Source of the DNA: Tricharina praecox
Lineage: Eukaryota
DNA: 64,000 bases
Direction of reading: 5' to 3'
Assembly (NCBI RefSeq): GCF_024521635.1
Contig: NW_026250413.1
Coordinates: 558,001 to 622,000, forward strand
Shown piece after piece: positions 14,423-27,000 of this stretch. Position numbers and translations under genes: made by a program. Every line of letters begins with the position of its first letter. Within the stretch, counting starts at the first letter, position 1. A model generated the notes under the pieces. The model saw nothing but the letters and a program-made list of their open reading frames with translations, was not told where the DNA came from and did no database searches.

Positions 14423-15479
14423 TTTGGCGGTGTTGGGTTATTTAGTTAGGTAGGTGTTGGTTGTGGGTTGTAACGGTGAGAGCTGTAGCTGTGGAGGTGA
14501 CGGGTGGATGTAGATGACACTGGGTAGAGAAGGTGGGGGGTGGGTGGGTGCTTTTAAACGGATAGGCTCGGTCAGCTGAGTTGGGAAGAGAAAGCAGGCG
14601 AAGCTCTCGTCTCGTGGACTGGGGGTAAGAGAATGGGAGGGGGCTGTGAGGGGTGGTACTCAGTCACTGACAAGATGAGCAACGGTGACACGACAGGCTG
14701 GTGATTGTGATGATGTCTGGTGTTGGGAGTGTGAAGAGAAGGAGAAGAAGAAAGAGGGAGGAGAAGGAGGTCAAGCGAAAGAAGGAGAGCTCAAGTGCGT
14801 GCTGGAGCTATGACCTCCAGTGAGCACACGGAGAGCATGAGTAACTCCACTGCGCTAGATACGGTATCGGGAAAGATGAATGAATACGGAATGGTGGCGG
14901 GCGCCACAGTGTGGCGTCGTGACGCTTGGGATCGAGCACAGCAACCACCAATATCTACACCAAAGGAAAACAGACAAGTCCTTACTCACCTGCGAGATAC
15001 CCGTGTCCTCTCGCAAGTACTCTCTAGACTGTATCCTGCGTCGTGATAAGCCCTAAGAAAAATCTATACGCGTTGAACATCTACCCACATACACGAAGAA
15101 CGATGGGTGCATCATAGCAATACACGGTACGGTACTCTAGGTAAGTAGGCCAACCTAAACTTTTGAATTGCAAAACTCATCTTCCCCTCTTCAAAGCCTG
15201 TTTGGCCGAACCAGATCATCTGAGTGAACCTTCCCCTCGATGCCTAGCCATATCGTAGTCACTGGCTGGTACTTACACTAAAGATCTCGCCCACGATAGC
15301 CGACAACAAAATTTGTACACTTTAGATTTGTACCACGATGGTATGTACCCTATTGACGTAGATTACAAACTCATCCCGGGAGGAATCCGCAACATCGTGT
15401 CTGAAACTTGGAAGCGACCCGATGTGAGCGCATCACAATAACTCACTCGTGATTTCGGTGGGCTGCGCTCGCTGGCCCA

Positions 15480-15535
15480 TGAGTCAATCCAGGGGTCGAT
15501 AGGGCAACAATAGAATTCCAACCTCGAATGAGTCA
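15480..15535. promoter_or_regulatory. Two TGAGTCA (Gcn4/CpcA, AP-1-type) sites in the ATG8/NRD1 divergent intergenic region
   Basis: Exact TGAGTCA at 15480-15486 and 15529-15535, about 1.1 kb upstream of the ATG8 start codon. Confidence 0.4.
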
Positions 15536-17001
15536 GTCATGATCACTCATACTTGTCACTACTGTCACTACTAGCAGCCCCACATGAGTGAGTATGATAA
15601 ACAAGGTGAACCCTTCTCTGTACGTAGTGTAACACAGCCGTATGTGACAACAAACAATGCTCTCTCTCAGGGCAAACTCTAGTCTAAGCGTCTTCATGCT
15701 GTATCACCTTTGGCTACGAGGGTCCCAACCCCCCGACGATTTGTTATCAATTGCGTATAGGCAGCGTATCTAGACTATGGCAATATACGCACTTTTCCTG
15801 GTCCTATCTGCAGCTGCGATAACAGGCTCAGTAAAGCAGCCTTGCATCTCCAGCCCTCAGCCTAGGCAAGCGATAACGCGTTTCCACAAAGGCTCTAAAT
15901 CTTGATCTGGGTCGAATGGGAAACACTTGCGTGTGGCTGCGGCGCAATCCGAGTGATGTATAGTGATGCAGTAGCGCCATCGCATGCATGCCCGTCTCGA
16001 TCCTTCATGCCCGCATAAACAAATGTATCGAAATTAGTAAAAATCCCCCAAACGATACATCAGGACCCTGTCGATGCCTCTAATACTACTTCCATACATT
16101 TAAAAGTCACATATCTTGTCTCGCACACGTTGAGTTCTAAGCGGAACGTTGTCTTGGCGGACCATTTGCTTTTGAAACAGAACAGAACATGACTGCTGTT
16201 GGGGATCCCTTTAAGTTCGTCCTTCGTTCTCCAACCCTTCCCTTCTATCTTGCTCCAACCGAAGCGCTTCAACCTCACTCCCTACAACATCCTCTCTCTA
16301 CACGGCTCGGCGACAACCACTTTCACCTCCACAACCACCGCCACCACATTCCTCACAACCATCACCACACTCACCACCACCATCACCACCGCTACTTCTC
16401 CATACTCTTCCGCAATTACAACCGACACCCTCAACTGCTCCGATAATCACCGCCAATTCCGCGCGCAATCCCCGCCGCTTTATCAACTCGCGTACTGCAT
16501 CCTGCTTGATCCAACAACTCTTCAGCCCGCACGCGCAAAGAAACCCTAAAGTTGTTCGCTACTGCTGGCGTGTACTATTGGTCGTTGCTTCGATCCCTAG
16601 ATTGTTGTCGGCGCTCTTGTCACGCGTCTACCACGTACTCGTACATAAAAGAAAAGAGCCAATTTGATCAACCTCTCTTTCCGGCTCTGCCTGAATTCCG
16701 CGGCACAGCCCAGCGCTCAAAGGATCGTATACCGTAAAGGAAGCAGGAGGACGAAGAAGGAGACGAAGGAGAAGAAGAAGGAGCGCTCCAATTAAAGTGT
16801 CTGAAGCGACCTCGGTCCCGACAATCCAAAGGTCATCGTAGGACTACCGTATCCTCCCAGGCAGAACACACAACGCGCTCTTACCGGCCGTAAAAGTTCC
16901 CGAGTCGGGGGTAGTCTACCTTGGGCCATCAATCGCGGAGTCTCTATCTTTCTCCCACCCCACATACATACACAACCCCCCCCCCTCTCCCCCACACCAC
17001 C

Positions 17002-20000
17002 ATGTCGTCAGTGGTGACAGAGTTAGAAGCCGCTCTGCAGGCCATGCAGAATACCAAACCGCCGGGAGTATCTGGAACCAAAATCACCTTCATCACTGAA
17101 CTGAGTGTCAACAATGTTCAGGTACACACTCCAAAGCACCGCTCCAATTCAGCCAGCGCATGAGTCACTGCGTACAGTAACGGATAGAAGCTGACCTGCC
17201 ATCGTTTGTATAGTCTGAGTCGGTCATTATCCAGAAACTGTACACGCATTTCAAGAAGTGTCCCGGAACACATAAACTAGGTCCTCTCTACGTTGTAGAC
17301 TCTATTGCGCGCAAGTACTTAGACCAGGCCAAGAAGAACCATCAAGAAGTCTCCTCTGCGGCGCCGGATGGTACCTTTGCGGCGGGTGTGTTTAGAATCA
17401 CCAACCTGCTGCCCCCATTGATGAATGACATTCTTCAGCACGCTCCACCGGAAGAAAACAAGGTACGCTTATCATTTTTGCTGAACGGATGGGATGGATG
17501 GGATGGAATCGTGGGATGTGGGATGGGACGGGATGATGGACGGGAACGGAACGGGAACGAAACGGGAAAACGGCCCGCGATGATAGGTCCATAAGGATGG
17601 ATACTCGCACCGCTGTAGTCGGGCTGTCACCGCCAATGCCAACCACAGCAGCAGCAGGCGGCAGTCCTGACAACGATCAGACGTTGCGTCGATCCTCCCC
17701 ATACCCCACATCCGTTCCCATGAAACCCTTCCCCCCACCTCCCACTGCTTTCTTTGGTGGACACCGTATCAACACGTGTAGAGACAACCCACTTACACAT
17801 TTTCGTTTGTGCCTAGGACAAAATAGAGAAGCTGTATGCTATATGGGAGCGGAGTTCCACATTTCCTCCAGAGGTTCTTGCAGATGTCAAGCGGAAGATG
17901 AACGCAAGTCCAATGTTTCAGCCGAGTAAGCCAGCCCTACAGTCACAATCATCTCCCTCTATGCACGCCGAGTTGGCATCCCTGTTAGGCAGTAAACGAC
18001 GTGCCCGCACACACCGCGGCCGTTACGCATCCTTCACGAGTTTTGAACCGGTAACTAATTGATGATTCTCCTTTGCTCTGCGTAGTTCTTAGTCACAACC
18101 AGTCGTCGACGCCACCAGGATCGCCGCCGCGTCCGCAGCTCAAGGCAGACGCGCGGTATAATGAACGTCCCCAGCCACAAACTGCCGGCGCGACCACGAA
18201 TGTTGCTTCGATGTTGCAGGCTATCGCTCAGATGGCGAAACAGAACCAGAATCCTACCGCTGCGCCAGAACCCGCCTCGGCTCCGGTAGCCCAGTACAAT
18301 ATGGGCAGTTCTCAGACCAATGGCCATGCCCCCATGCTGAGCCCGCCGCTTCACTCGGCCACCCCCGGGCCTATGCCATACACGTCGACGTCGCCCAACG
18401 CGAATGGCCATCCGGCTTTCCAGAACCAGATGGCTGGTGCCTATCAGCAGATGTATGGCCAGAACCAATCCCCACAGCAGGCTGGATATCCGAATCAACC
18501 TCAGCAGCAGGCCGCGTATCCTCAGAACCAGCCCCAGCAGCAGACTGGATATCCGCAAACCCAGCCCCAGCAGACCGGATACCCTCAGGCTCAGGCTCAG
18601 CAGCAGCAGGCCGCGTATCCTTTCAATGCTCCCCAGCAGCCGCAGCAGCCCCAGATGGGCATGGAGCAGCAGCTCGCGATCTTGCAGTTGCTCCTCCAAC
18701 AGCCAGGACTACAGCAGAATGTAACCCAACTGGCTCCCGCTTTGCAGGCTCTCCTTGGCGGAGCGGTTGGTGCACAAGGCTTCCCAATGCCGAACGCAGG
18801 CGACCCAATGCAGCAACAGCAGCAACAGCAGCAGCAGCAGTTTTGGGGACAGTCCATGGGTATGCAGCAGCAGCCAGCCCTCTCCCAAGCCGAAGCACCG
18901 CGGGCGCCGGACGCTTTCAACAACAATAATAACGAGCAACGCGGCCGAGAGCGGGGTTATTCTCCTCCTCCCCGGTCTCCTCCTCGATATGGAGCTGCCA
19001 GACGTGGTCGTAGCAGATCAAGATCTCCGGGCAGGTTTCCTGGCCGCGAAGAGCCCCGGTCCCCTCCCTCATTCCGCCGTCGCAGCCCTGTGTATGGTGA
19101 ATATGAAGGAAACAATATCGACCCCGGACGAGGCATGGGTGGAATGGGCGAGCGCGGAGCCCGTGGCGGACGAAACCGTGGAAGGAAGGGCAGTTCTCCT
19201 CGTCGCAAGGACAGGAGTCCCCAGGGCAGAGCTGGCGGCTCGCAGGCTGGAGGATCGCAGGCGTCTCCCCCGCCAAGGGAGCTTCCGAAAGTCTCAAGGA
19301 ATGTTCAGTTTGCCGACGACATTCCCCCGCACTGTGTTAGAGGTGAGAATAACTGCAATTGCTAGAATGCCCCTTGTTGCGATACAGCCACTGACTTTCC
19401 TTGTAATGCAGTTCTGAGTCGGACCCTGTTCGTTGGAGGCGTTACGTGAGTACATACATCATCCAGTTGCCCATCAATTGACCTCGCAAGGCTAACCATC
19501 GCGGCAGGATTGGCGACGACGAACTCCGACAGCTGTTTGAGAACTATGGACTGGTGCAGTCGTGCATAGTGAACCAAGACAAGCGCCACGCGTTCATCAA
19601 AATGCTTACGCGGGAGGACGCCGTGAAGGCCAAGGCCGGCATGGAAACTTATAGGACCGAGCATATGACGCTTAGGGTAAGTGCTCCGAAGTCCTTCATG
19701 GTTGGTGTTTCGATCTGATTGGTGGACTACCCAGACACGCTGGGGTGTTGGATTCGGACCGAGGGACTGTAGTGACTACCAGACGGGTGTCAGCGTCATC
19801 CCGATTGAACGACTCACCGAAGCAGACCAGAGATGGATGGTTTCAGCCGAGTACGGCGGCACCGGAGGCCAGCCGCTGCAGGGCGGCATGTGTGTGGAGG
19901 AACCGGACATTGAAATAGGCCAAGGTGTCTCGTCCAAAGGTACGTTTTGCCAACCCACCAATCACTTTCCGCTCTATATATGCACAATCGGCACAACTAC

Positions 20001-20516
20001 AGGCCACCGTGGGCAAGGTTATCCCTTCCCTGTGCTAATCCGATTCGCTACCACGCTTTTACACCGAACCCACCACCCCCTTCCATATATTCCATACACG
20101 TTCCATGGCTAACCATATTTCATCATATAGCCATTAGCAAGAGATTCCCTACGGACTCGGGTGGAAACAAGGGGCCCCGATCCACCCACGATCCCCATGC
20201 AGGCGGAGGAGGAGGGGGTGGAGGTGGAGGTGGAGGTGGGGGTAGTGGTGGTGGCAGTGGCGGAGGAGGTGGTGGTCCCACGCACAGAGGCAACAAGCGG
20301 AAGGACGACCACCACAAGGGAGGCCAGGATCCCGGTCAACGTGGAACGCAGGGAGCACCAGGCGGCCGCGACAACGTTGGTGTGGCGCCTCCTACCCCGG
20401 GATTCGGTGCGGGGTTCCCGTTCTCCATTCCTATGTTCCAGCAGCAGCAGCAGCAGCAGCCGTACCCTGGCTTCCAGCAGCAGCAGGGTGGGGCGCAGCC
20501 GCCATCTAGCCGATAG
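17002..20516 (+). CDS. NRD1: Nrd1/Seb1-type RNA-binding Pol II termination factor (CID domain, Q/P-rich linker, RS/RG region, RRM); 8 exons
   Basis: N-terminal KPPGVSGTKI...SESVIIQKLYTHFKKCPGTHKLGPLYVVDS..R (CID). RRM VLSRTLFVGGVT...YGLVQSCIVNQDKRHAFIKM...TRWGVGFGPRDCSDYQTGVSVIPIERLTEADQRW. Confidence 0.92.
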
Positions 20517-20987
20517 GCAAAAGCAAAAAAAAAACGCGAAGAAAAGCTCCGATTCGATAGCAGTGCATGACGGAGGGGACGAGGCATTATTGGATGGGAG
20601 TCTATGTGTGTGTGTGTGTGTGTGTCTGGGCGTGTGTGTGCGCGTGCGTGTTACGTGTTGGTTGAAGTCTGCTGTCCTTCCTTCTGATGGATAGAACGAA
20701 TGGTGGTACGGAAGAAAACGGGCGGCGGGCGGCAAGACGTCACTCACTACATACTCACACACATCTCGTGCGCATAGCATAGCGGTTCGGGAACGGGGGC
20801 CGTTTTTAATTTTTCTCGGGCACATTTGAATTCTGCGTTCTTTTTACTTGACTTGACTTGACTTGTATCGCGGTTTTGTTGCTTTTTTTACTTGTTCTTT
20901 TATTTCCATAGGTGTTGTACGTGATGCTATGGTATGGTAGCCAAGAAGTGTGATATGTAGCATACTGGTACTCGTTCCACCGTGATT

Positions 20988-21039
20988 CGGAGCTCAATCA
21001 CGGAGCTCAATCACGGAGCTCAATCACGGAGCTCAATCA
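20988..21039. repeat. 13-bp minisatellite (CGGAGCTCAATCA)x4
   Basis: Four perfect tandem units read directly. Confidence 0.95.
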
Positions 21040-24000
21040 TGGAGACACGGAGAGTCCACCGTATGTTATGTACCTATTTCGGGGGACGCGGGTTGGGGAT
21101 TTTAATATCGGTGAACCTTTTTTTTTTCTTTTCACTTTTGCGGTATCTATAACTTAGGGTCGGAGAGAGGGGCTAGTGGATGGATGGATGGGAGGTTTTT
21201 TCTGTTTCGTTTCTTTTGCGTTTCTTTTTCTTTGATTTCCGTCCGAGCAATGGAGTTGGTATGATACTCTAAACTTGACGCCGGCGACGGGTTTCTTTTC
21301 TTCCACTCATGTCCTGTCATGGCATGGCATCTATTGGCATGTCTCACCGCTTCGGAGGTATTCTGTTTCTTTCTGCTCGTGTGCATGCGCATGCACCAGG
21401 AGCTGCCAATAAGTGGTGCCTCACCACCATTACGAATCATAAGCGCTAATCTATAATAGGAGTGCACCAAGCCAGATACAATCAAATGAGTGAGTGGTTG
21501 TGACTAAATTGTATGGGAGAAAAACGCCAAGTTGTATGGGGGAAAAACTGGTGAGGCAGCACTTACCCTTACACCCGAGTACGTGTGTGTTTGTTTGTTT
21601 GTTGGGATGGGAAGGGAGGGACGGAGAGGGGATCGAATCCAATCTAGATATCATACTATGTATAACGCAGGGCAGGGCAGTGAGGTGCGGCGGCATTCCC
21701 GCGAGATCATCCTACATACACCTACGCAGGGGCAGTGGTGGTGATATGTAGTAGTGGTGGTGGGGGTGGTGGAGATCGATATCTACCGTACTCCATGTAC
21801 TATGATACCCACTTACCTGCGTATGTGTATGTAAGTATGGAAGTATGTATACGTACACAACGATGCAGAAGATCTTGGCCCGCGCTCACGGAGACGTAGA
21901 TGTCTGAGGTAGATGTCTGAGGTAGAAGCATGTACCTAGAATATCACGACCGCGGCAACCCCGGGAGGAGGCCAGTCAAGTGTAGTCCAGTACATTCCAG
22001 TGCCATCCTCCTCATCCTCCTCCGATTGCGCGCTTCCGACGTATGTACCTGTGTATTTACCTAGGAGAAGGGGGAGATTGACATGTCTCTCCGGGCTCTT
22101 CGGCGAATGCAGATATCTATCATATCATATGTGTATGCAGATATGTGTACGTAGATTATTATGCAGATAGGTAGTTGGTTGGTTGGTTGGTTATGTAAAT
22201 ATACGTGTATGTATTTGTGTAGGTACTAGCCGTTATGTGTGAGTGGTGGGGCGGCGATATTCATCATCTCCATCATCGGCGTTTCGTAATGAATTAGTTA
22301 TGACCCCCCCTCCCCTGTTGTCTTTTCTCCTTTACGGTGCTTTTACCTTTACCTTTACGTTTCTCTTCTTCTGTCTTGGCCGCAGGGCTAGACTTCAATT
22401 GACTACCGTACTTTGCTCTGCTCTGCTGTATGTATGTAATCTAGTGGTCACGGTTGTGGTCTGGTCGGTGGTCATGGACATGGTCAGTGGTCAGTAGACT
22501 TTCTACGGCCTTTGTGCCGAGTATTGAGCGCTGAGCAGTGAGCGCTGAGCAGTGAGCGCCGAGAACCGAGAATCGGTGATGCCCGCCGGCTTGTGGGTTG
22601 TGTAGAGTGGAGCCGTTGCATAGTACCCAAGTACTCAAGTACATACCTGTGTGGCTACATATGGGGGAGTTGCGGCGTGACAACCAGTCAGTCAGTGGGC
22701 CGATCAGTCGGCGAGAAGACCAGCCAGCCAATCGAGCACTCGGCCAGCCCGCTCGTCCCCTACGGGTATGTACGATACAACACAACACAACACAACACAA
22801 CACAACACGATACGACGCGATACGCCGAGTGCACAAGTACCTACACACCAACCGTGCATAGCACATTGATAGGCAAGCAAATACCTACAAACATCCATAA
22901 GTCATAGTTACACACATCAACATACGCACCAAGCGCTCCCCCAGTCCCCCAGTCCCGCTACACCCGTTTCCGGCCCCCAGCTCCGAGCCTCCACATCCAC
23001 ATCCACCTCCACATCCACCGCATCCACCGCATCCACCGCCTTCTCCTTCTCCACCGCATCCTCCACCACCGCATCCTCCAACTCGGCCCGGGGTAGTCGG
23101 GGTGGTCGGGGTGGTCGGGGGAGACTACTAGTAGGTAACAGAAACACTTGGCGTTTCTCCTTAGATACTCTAGATACACACGCAGAATACCGCGCAGGCG
23201 ACGTGGCAGTCTCGCGATGCAATTTCCGGGATCGCCGGGGGTTCCGACATGACGTCGGGCGGGCACTTATTCTACATACTGCTCACTCAGTGCTCACTGC
23301 TCACTCTGCTCAGGCGCGTCCTTCCGTCAGTTGGGTAGGTAGGTCTTCGGGCAGTCGGCCGGTGGTATGTAGGTGGGTCGGTGCCAGGCGGGTCGGTGGT
23401 GGGTCGGGGGGGGGGGGGGGGGTATGTAGGAGTGTCACTTGGAGGGCAGTGGGATGGCAGTAGAAGAGAGGGTCCGTGTAGACCAGCGGAACGGACGGAC
23501 TTCACAGTGCACGGGCTGCCAACGCAGCGCAGCCAGCCTCCCCATCATCGCCCTCCAGACCAGTGGAGTAAAACTAGCAGATAGGAGAAAATCACGATAT
23601 CGCCAACGGCGGCGAGCGACCGAGCGGATGTAATTTGCGGTGTTTACCAAGGAGCACTCTACTCTAGATAGGTACCGGTAGGTATGTAGAGTATATATAA
23701 CCCGGATAATTTCCGGCGACTCGCGAGGTGACTCGCGAGGTATGGCTTGTGGACCGTGATCGCTACATGGGATCGCACGCACGCACGCACTCAGGCACAC
23801 AGGCTCGCTCGCGGGCGGGCGGTCTCACGGACCGTATGTAACAATACATACGATGAGGTATGTAACGGCCGGTATGGGCCCGATTTCCCGACATCCCGAT
23901 GTCTCGATGTTGGGGATACTCCGCGGCGCCACTGCGCCAGCGTGACGCGTGATGCGTGATGCGTGCAAACGGACAGACGGATGGACGCGACGTGTGCGAC

Positions 24001-27000
24001 GTGCGTGCGTATTCGTACCTTTCTACGTTTCTACCTCATACCGGACCTACCAGCCAGCCAAAGCCAAGGCCAAGGCGGATACAAGGGAGTGGGGGAGTTT
24101 GGGGTCGTGTAAAGAGTTAAAAAGTGGGGAGTGTTTTGTGTACCCTATAGGAATAGTAGCCAGTAGCCAGTGGACATCATCATCGTGAACGAGGGATTTC
24201 GTTGCTCGTACTCTACACACATACATAACGTATGTAGGCGCGCGGACGAAAGGTTATGTACGTTGTGTATGTGCGACGAGCCCAGACATGAGGGGGTTCC
24301 TTCGAGACATATGGAATTGCTCAATAGAGTACACAGAGTATGGTAGTAAGGGCTTGGCTACATAGAGTATGTACGATTGACGGATGCACGAGTCGTCTGA
24401 CGGGTTGGTTGCGACGGTGGATGCGACGATGCGATCGATGGGGGAGTTCGATGGGTGATGGGTGGGTGAGTGGTGAGGCGTGACGGATTGGATGGAAGAA
24501 TTACCCCCCCCCCCCCCCCCGTCTCGAGAATAGGCTGTATGGGGCCTGGCAGCTGGGTGTAGACTCTACCGTACCGCACTCTGCGTAGCACAGGCCGTCG
24601 ACCAGCCATCCAGCCATCCATCGCAGCAGCGGCAAAAACGGAGGCAGCCGTGAGAGCCTGAGAGGATTCGAGATTCGACGGCTAGAGCCCGATTCGGAAA
24701 TACCTCTCTCTTTTTCCCTCTCACCCTCTGTCTCTCTCTTACTTTCTCTCTCACTCACTTTCTTACCTACATTTCTCACTGTCTTGGGGGAGGCGGAAGG
24801 CGAACAATCGCCACAAAGCCCGCGCTCGAACTCTCGAGCTCTTGGCCTCTACCGTTCTACATACTTCCCACATCCAGCCCTCTACCGTACTCTAGCATCT
24901 AGAGAGCATCTAGAGTAGAGTAAGAGTAGAGTGGTCACGAAATTCCCTCACATCGCTCGCTCGCGCGCCTCGCTTCTGGGCTCCCCCCATCCCCCATCCC
25001 AATCCCCAGCCACCGCAGTGCACCGCAGTGCGGCGGCGGCGGTGGGCGGCGAAAAGGATTTCCACCCTTCCACCCTCCCTCCCCCCCACCCATACAAAAT
25101 GCAGATACCGCCAACGGACGGGAAATGACAAGCGACGCAAGCGCCCTGCGTGCTTGCGGGTTCCGTCGCTGCCGACCAGGCAGAAAAAAAAGAAAAAGAG
25201 AAAGAGGGAAAAAAAAGATTCCACTAGTAGAGGACTAGTAACAGACCACAGACACCCGGATACTTCTCCGGAAGTTCCATGCCGAGCCGGACGGCGCGGT
25301 AGCAGCTCTACCTACGTGCCATGTGTGTACAACACTTATGTATGTCACGTAGATATGTACGGTCGGGGTTCCCCAGGAAACTTGTGTATGCTATGTGGGT
25401 GACGGACACGGCTGTACCTGACTATCTGCTTGCTGCTGCACCACTAGAATACCGTACTCCACGGTAACTACGGCTACTGTAGGTACAAGTAGGTACACAC
25501 ACAGGCTGGTCTCGTCGACGACGCTTCAATACCACTCCACCCCACCGACCGACTAACGGTGCGTCGGTGCTGGCTGGCGTGGGCCGGCTAGCTCGGCCGC
25601 AGCCGGCGCTGTTCACTCAACTCAAATGCCCTTCTCGGACCAGACTGCCAGCTGTTGTTTGTCCCCAGCACCAGCGCCGTCTGTTCCTTCCGGATCCATA
25701 TCCATCCCGCCCGGTGCATTTCTGACAGGTATGGGGGTGGGGAGGGGGCCGAGCGGAGCTACTGGGGGAGCGCTGAAAGGAAGCCTTCGAGAAGCCCCGA
25801 CGAAGCTTGATTAGAGTGGGTATGTAGGTAGGTAGCTTACTACCGTCAACCAGCAGCCAGCAGCAGCATCATCCTGCAGAAGCACCATGGTTGCGATCCG
25901 CCGGTATGCATGTATGTAGAGTATGGTGCAGGCCGAGTGGCCCCTTTCCTGAGCTTCGTTGTCGTTGTCAAGTTGTCAAGTCGTGCCGTTTCGGGATTGA
26001 AGGGAGAGTCCGTTCCGCGGAGGAGCACTCAGCACTTGCACGTCAACATGAGCGTCGTGATGATAGCTCGAATCGAAGCTAAGCTGTCGACGTGTATGCG
26101 AGTAGAGCACATATCTCCTGTGATGCCGAAGCTTCGCATTGGACGGACAAATGACAATTGTGTGACATGATAGGCTTGCTGACGATGATGTTGGTAGTGG
26201 CGGCGGTGGCGGTGGTTGTTGTAGTGGTAGTAACGGTAGTGGTATGGTAGTTTGTGCGCCGCCTGGTCCGTACTCCACCGTCCCAACTAGAGTAGTGGCG
26301 CGAATGAGTATAGGGCACTCTAGGTAGTCGCCTTCTTCTGGCTATCGCTTATCGTGATGTCAATATCAAAACACAGAACGCTTCTGGTAGTGCAAGCCTA
26401 GCAACCCCAGCTGTCCAACAGCCCCAGCGACGATTCAACGAATACTTTACTAGCAATAAAGTCTCTAGAGTAGTTCCCCTAGAATAGCACCCTGGAGGCT
26501 GGAATAGTACCAAAGTACCTACCCTAAACACTCTGGAGTCTGTTCGGCCGTGGATGGAAAAATCCGACGGCACGTGTCCACGGGAGGATATTTCATCATC
26601 GCAATTTCACCGAAAAAGGGGTGGTACTCTACGGTACTAGAGTAACCACTTACTTCGTAGTCCTGTGCGAGAGCGAGAGAGAGAAAGAGAGAGAGAGGGC
26701 AAGAGAGAGCAAGAAAGAAAAGAGAAGAGAAAAAATCCGATCGTGGGATAGGGCGGAATTATCCAATCCCAAAGGAATAAGATGGGAGGGGGAAAATCCC
26801 TCGCTCGGCACTCTCGGCAGTGAAATGAGAGAGAGAGAGTTATCGAAGTGTTTGTCGCGAGGGTAATCCGGCAGCTGTCTGGCCTGGGGGGCAGAGGGGA
26901 AGAGGGGAAGAGAGCTTCGACCAAATCGGGCTCGCAGGCGGCGGCGACGGCGGTGGGTGGTGGTGGGCGGTGGACGGAACGTCGGAGTTGCTGGGTGTCT

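Noticed and set aside
17570..17672. Possible box C/D snoRNA in the long NRD1 intron
   Set aside because: No exact RUGAUGA box C with a terminal stem; CTGA is better explained as part of a branch site
20988..21039. CRISPR-like regular repeat
   Set aside because: Contiguous 13-bp units without spacers, in a eukaryotic genome with no cas genes
22917..23266. ORFs with VDAVD/WMR repeats
   Set aside because: Translations of a CATCCAC-type simple repeat
25312..25352. Imperfect hairpin CTACGTG...CACGTAG
   Set aside because: Short stem relying on G-U pairs; expected by chance in GT-rich sequence
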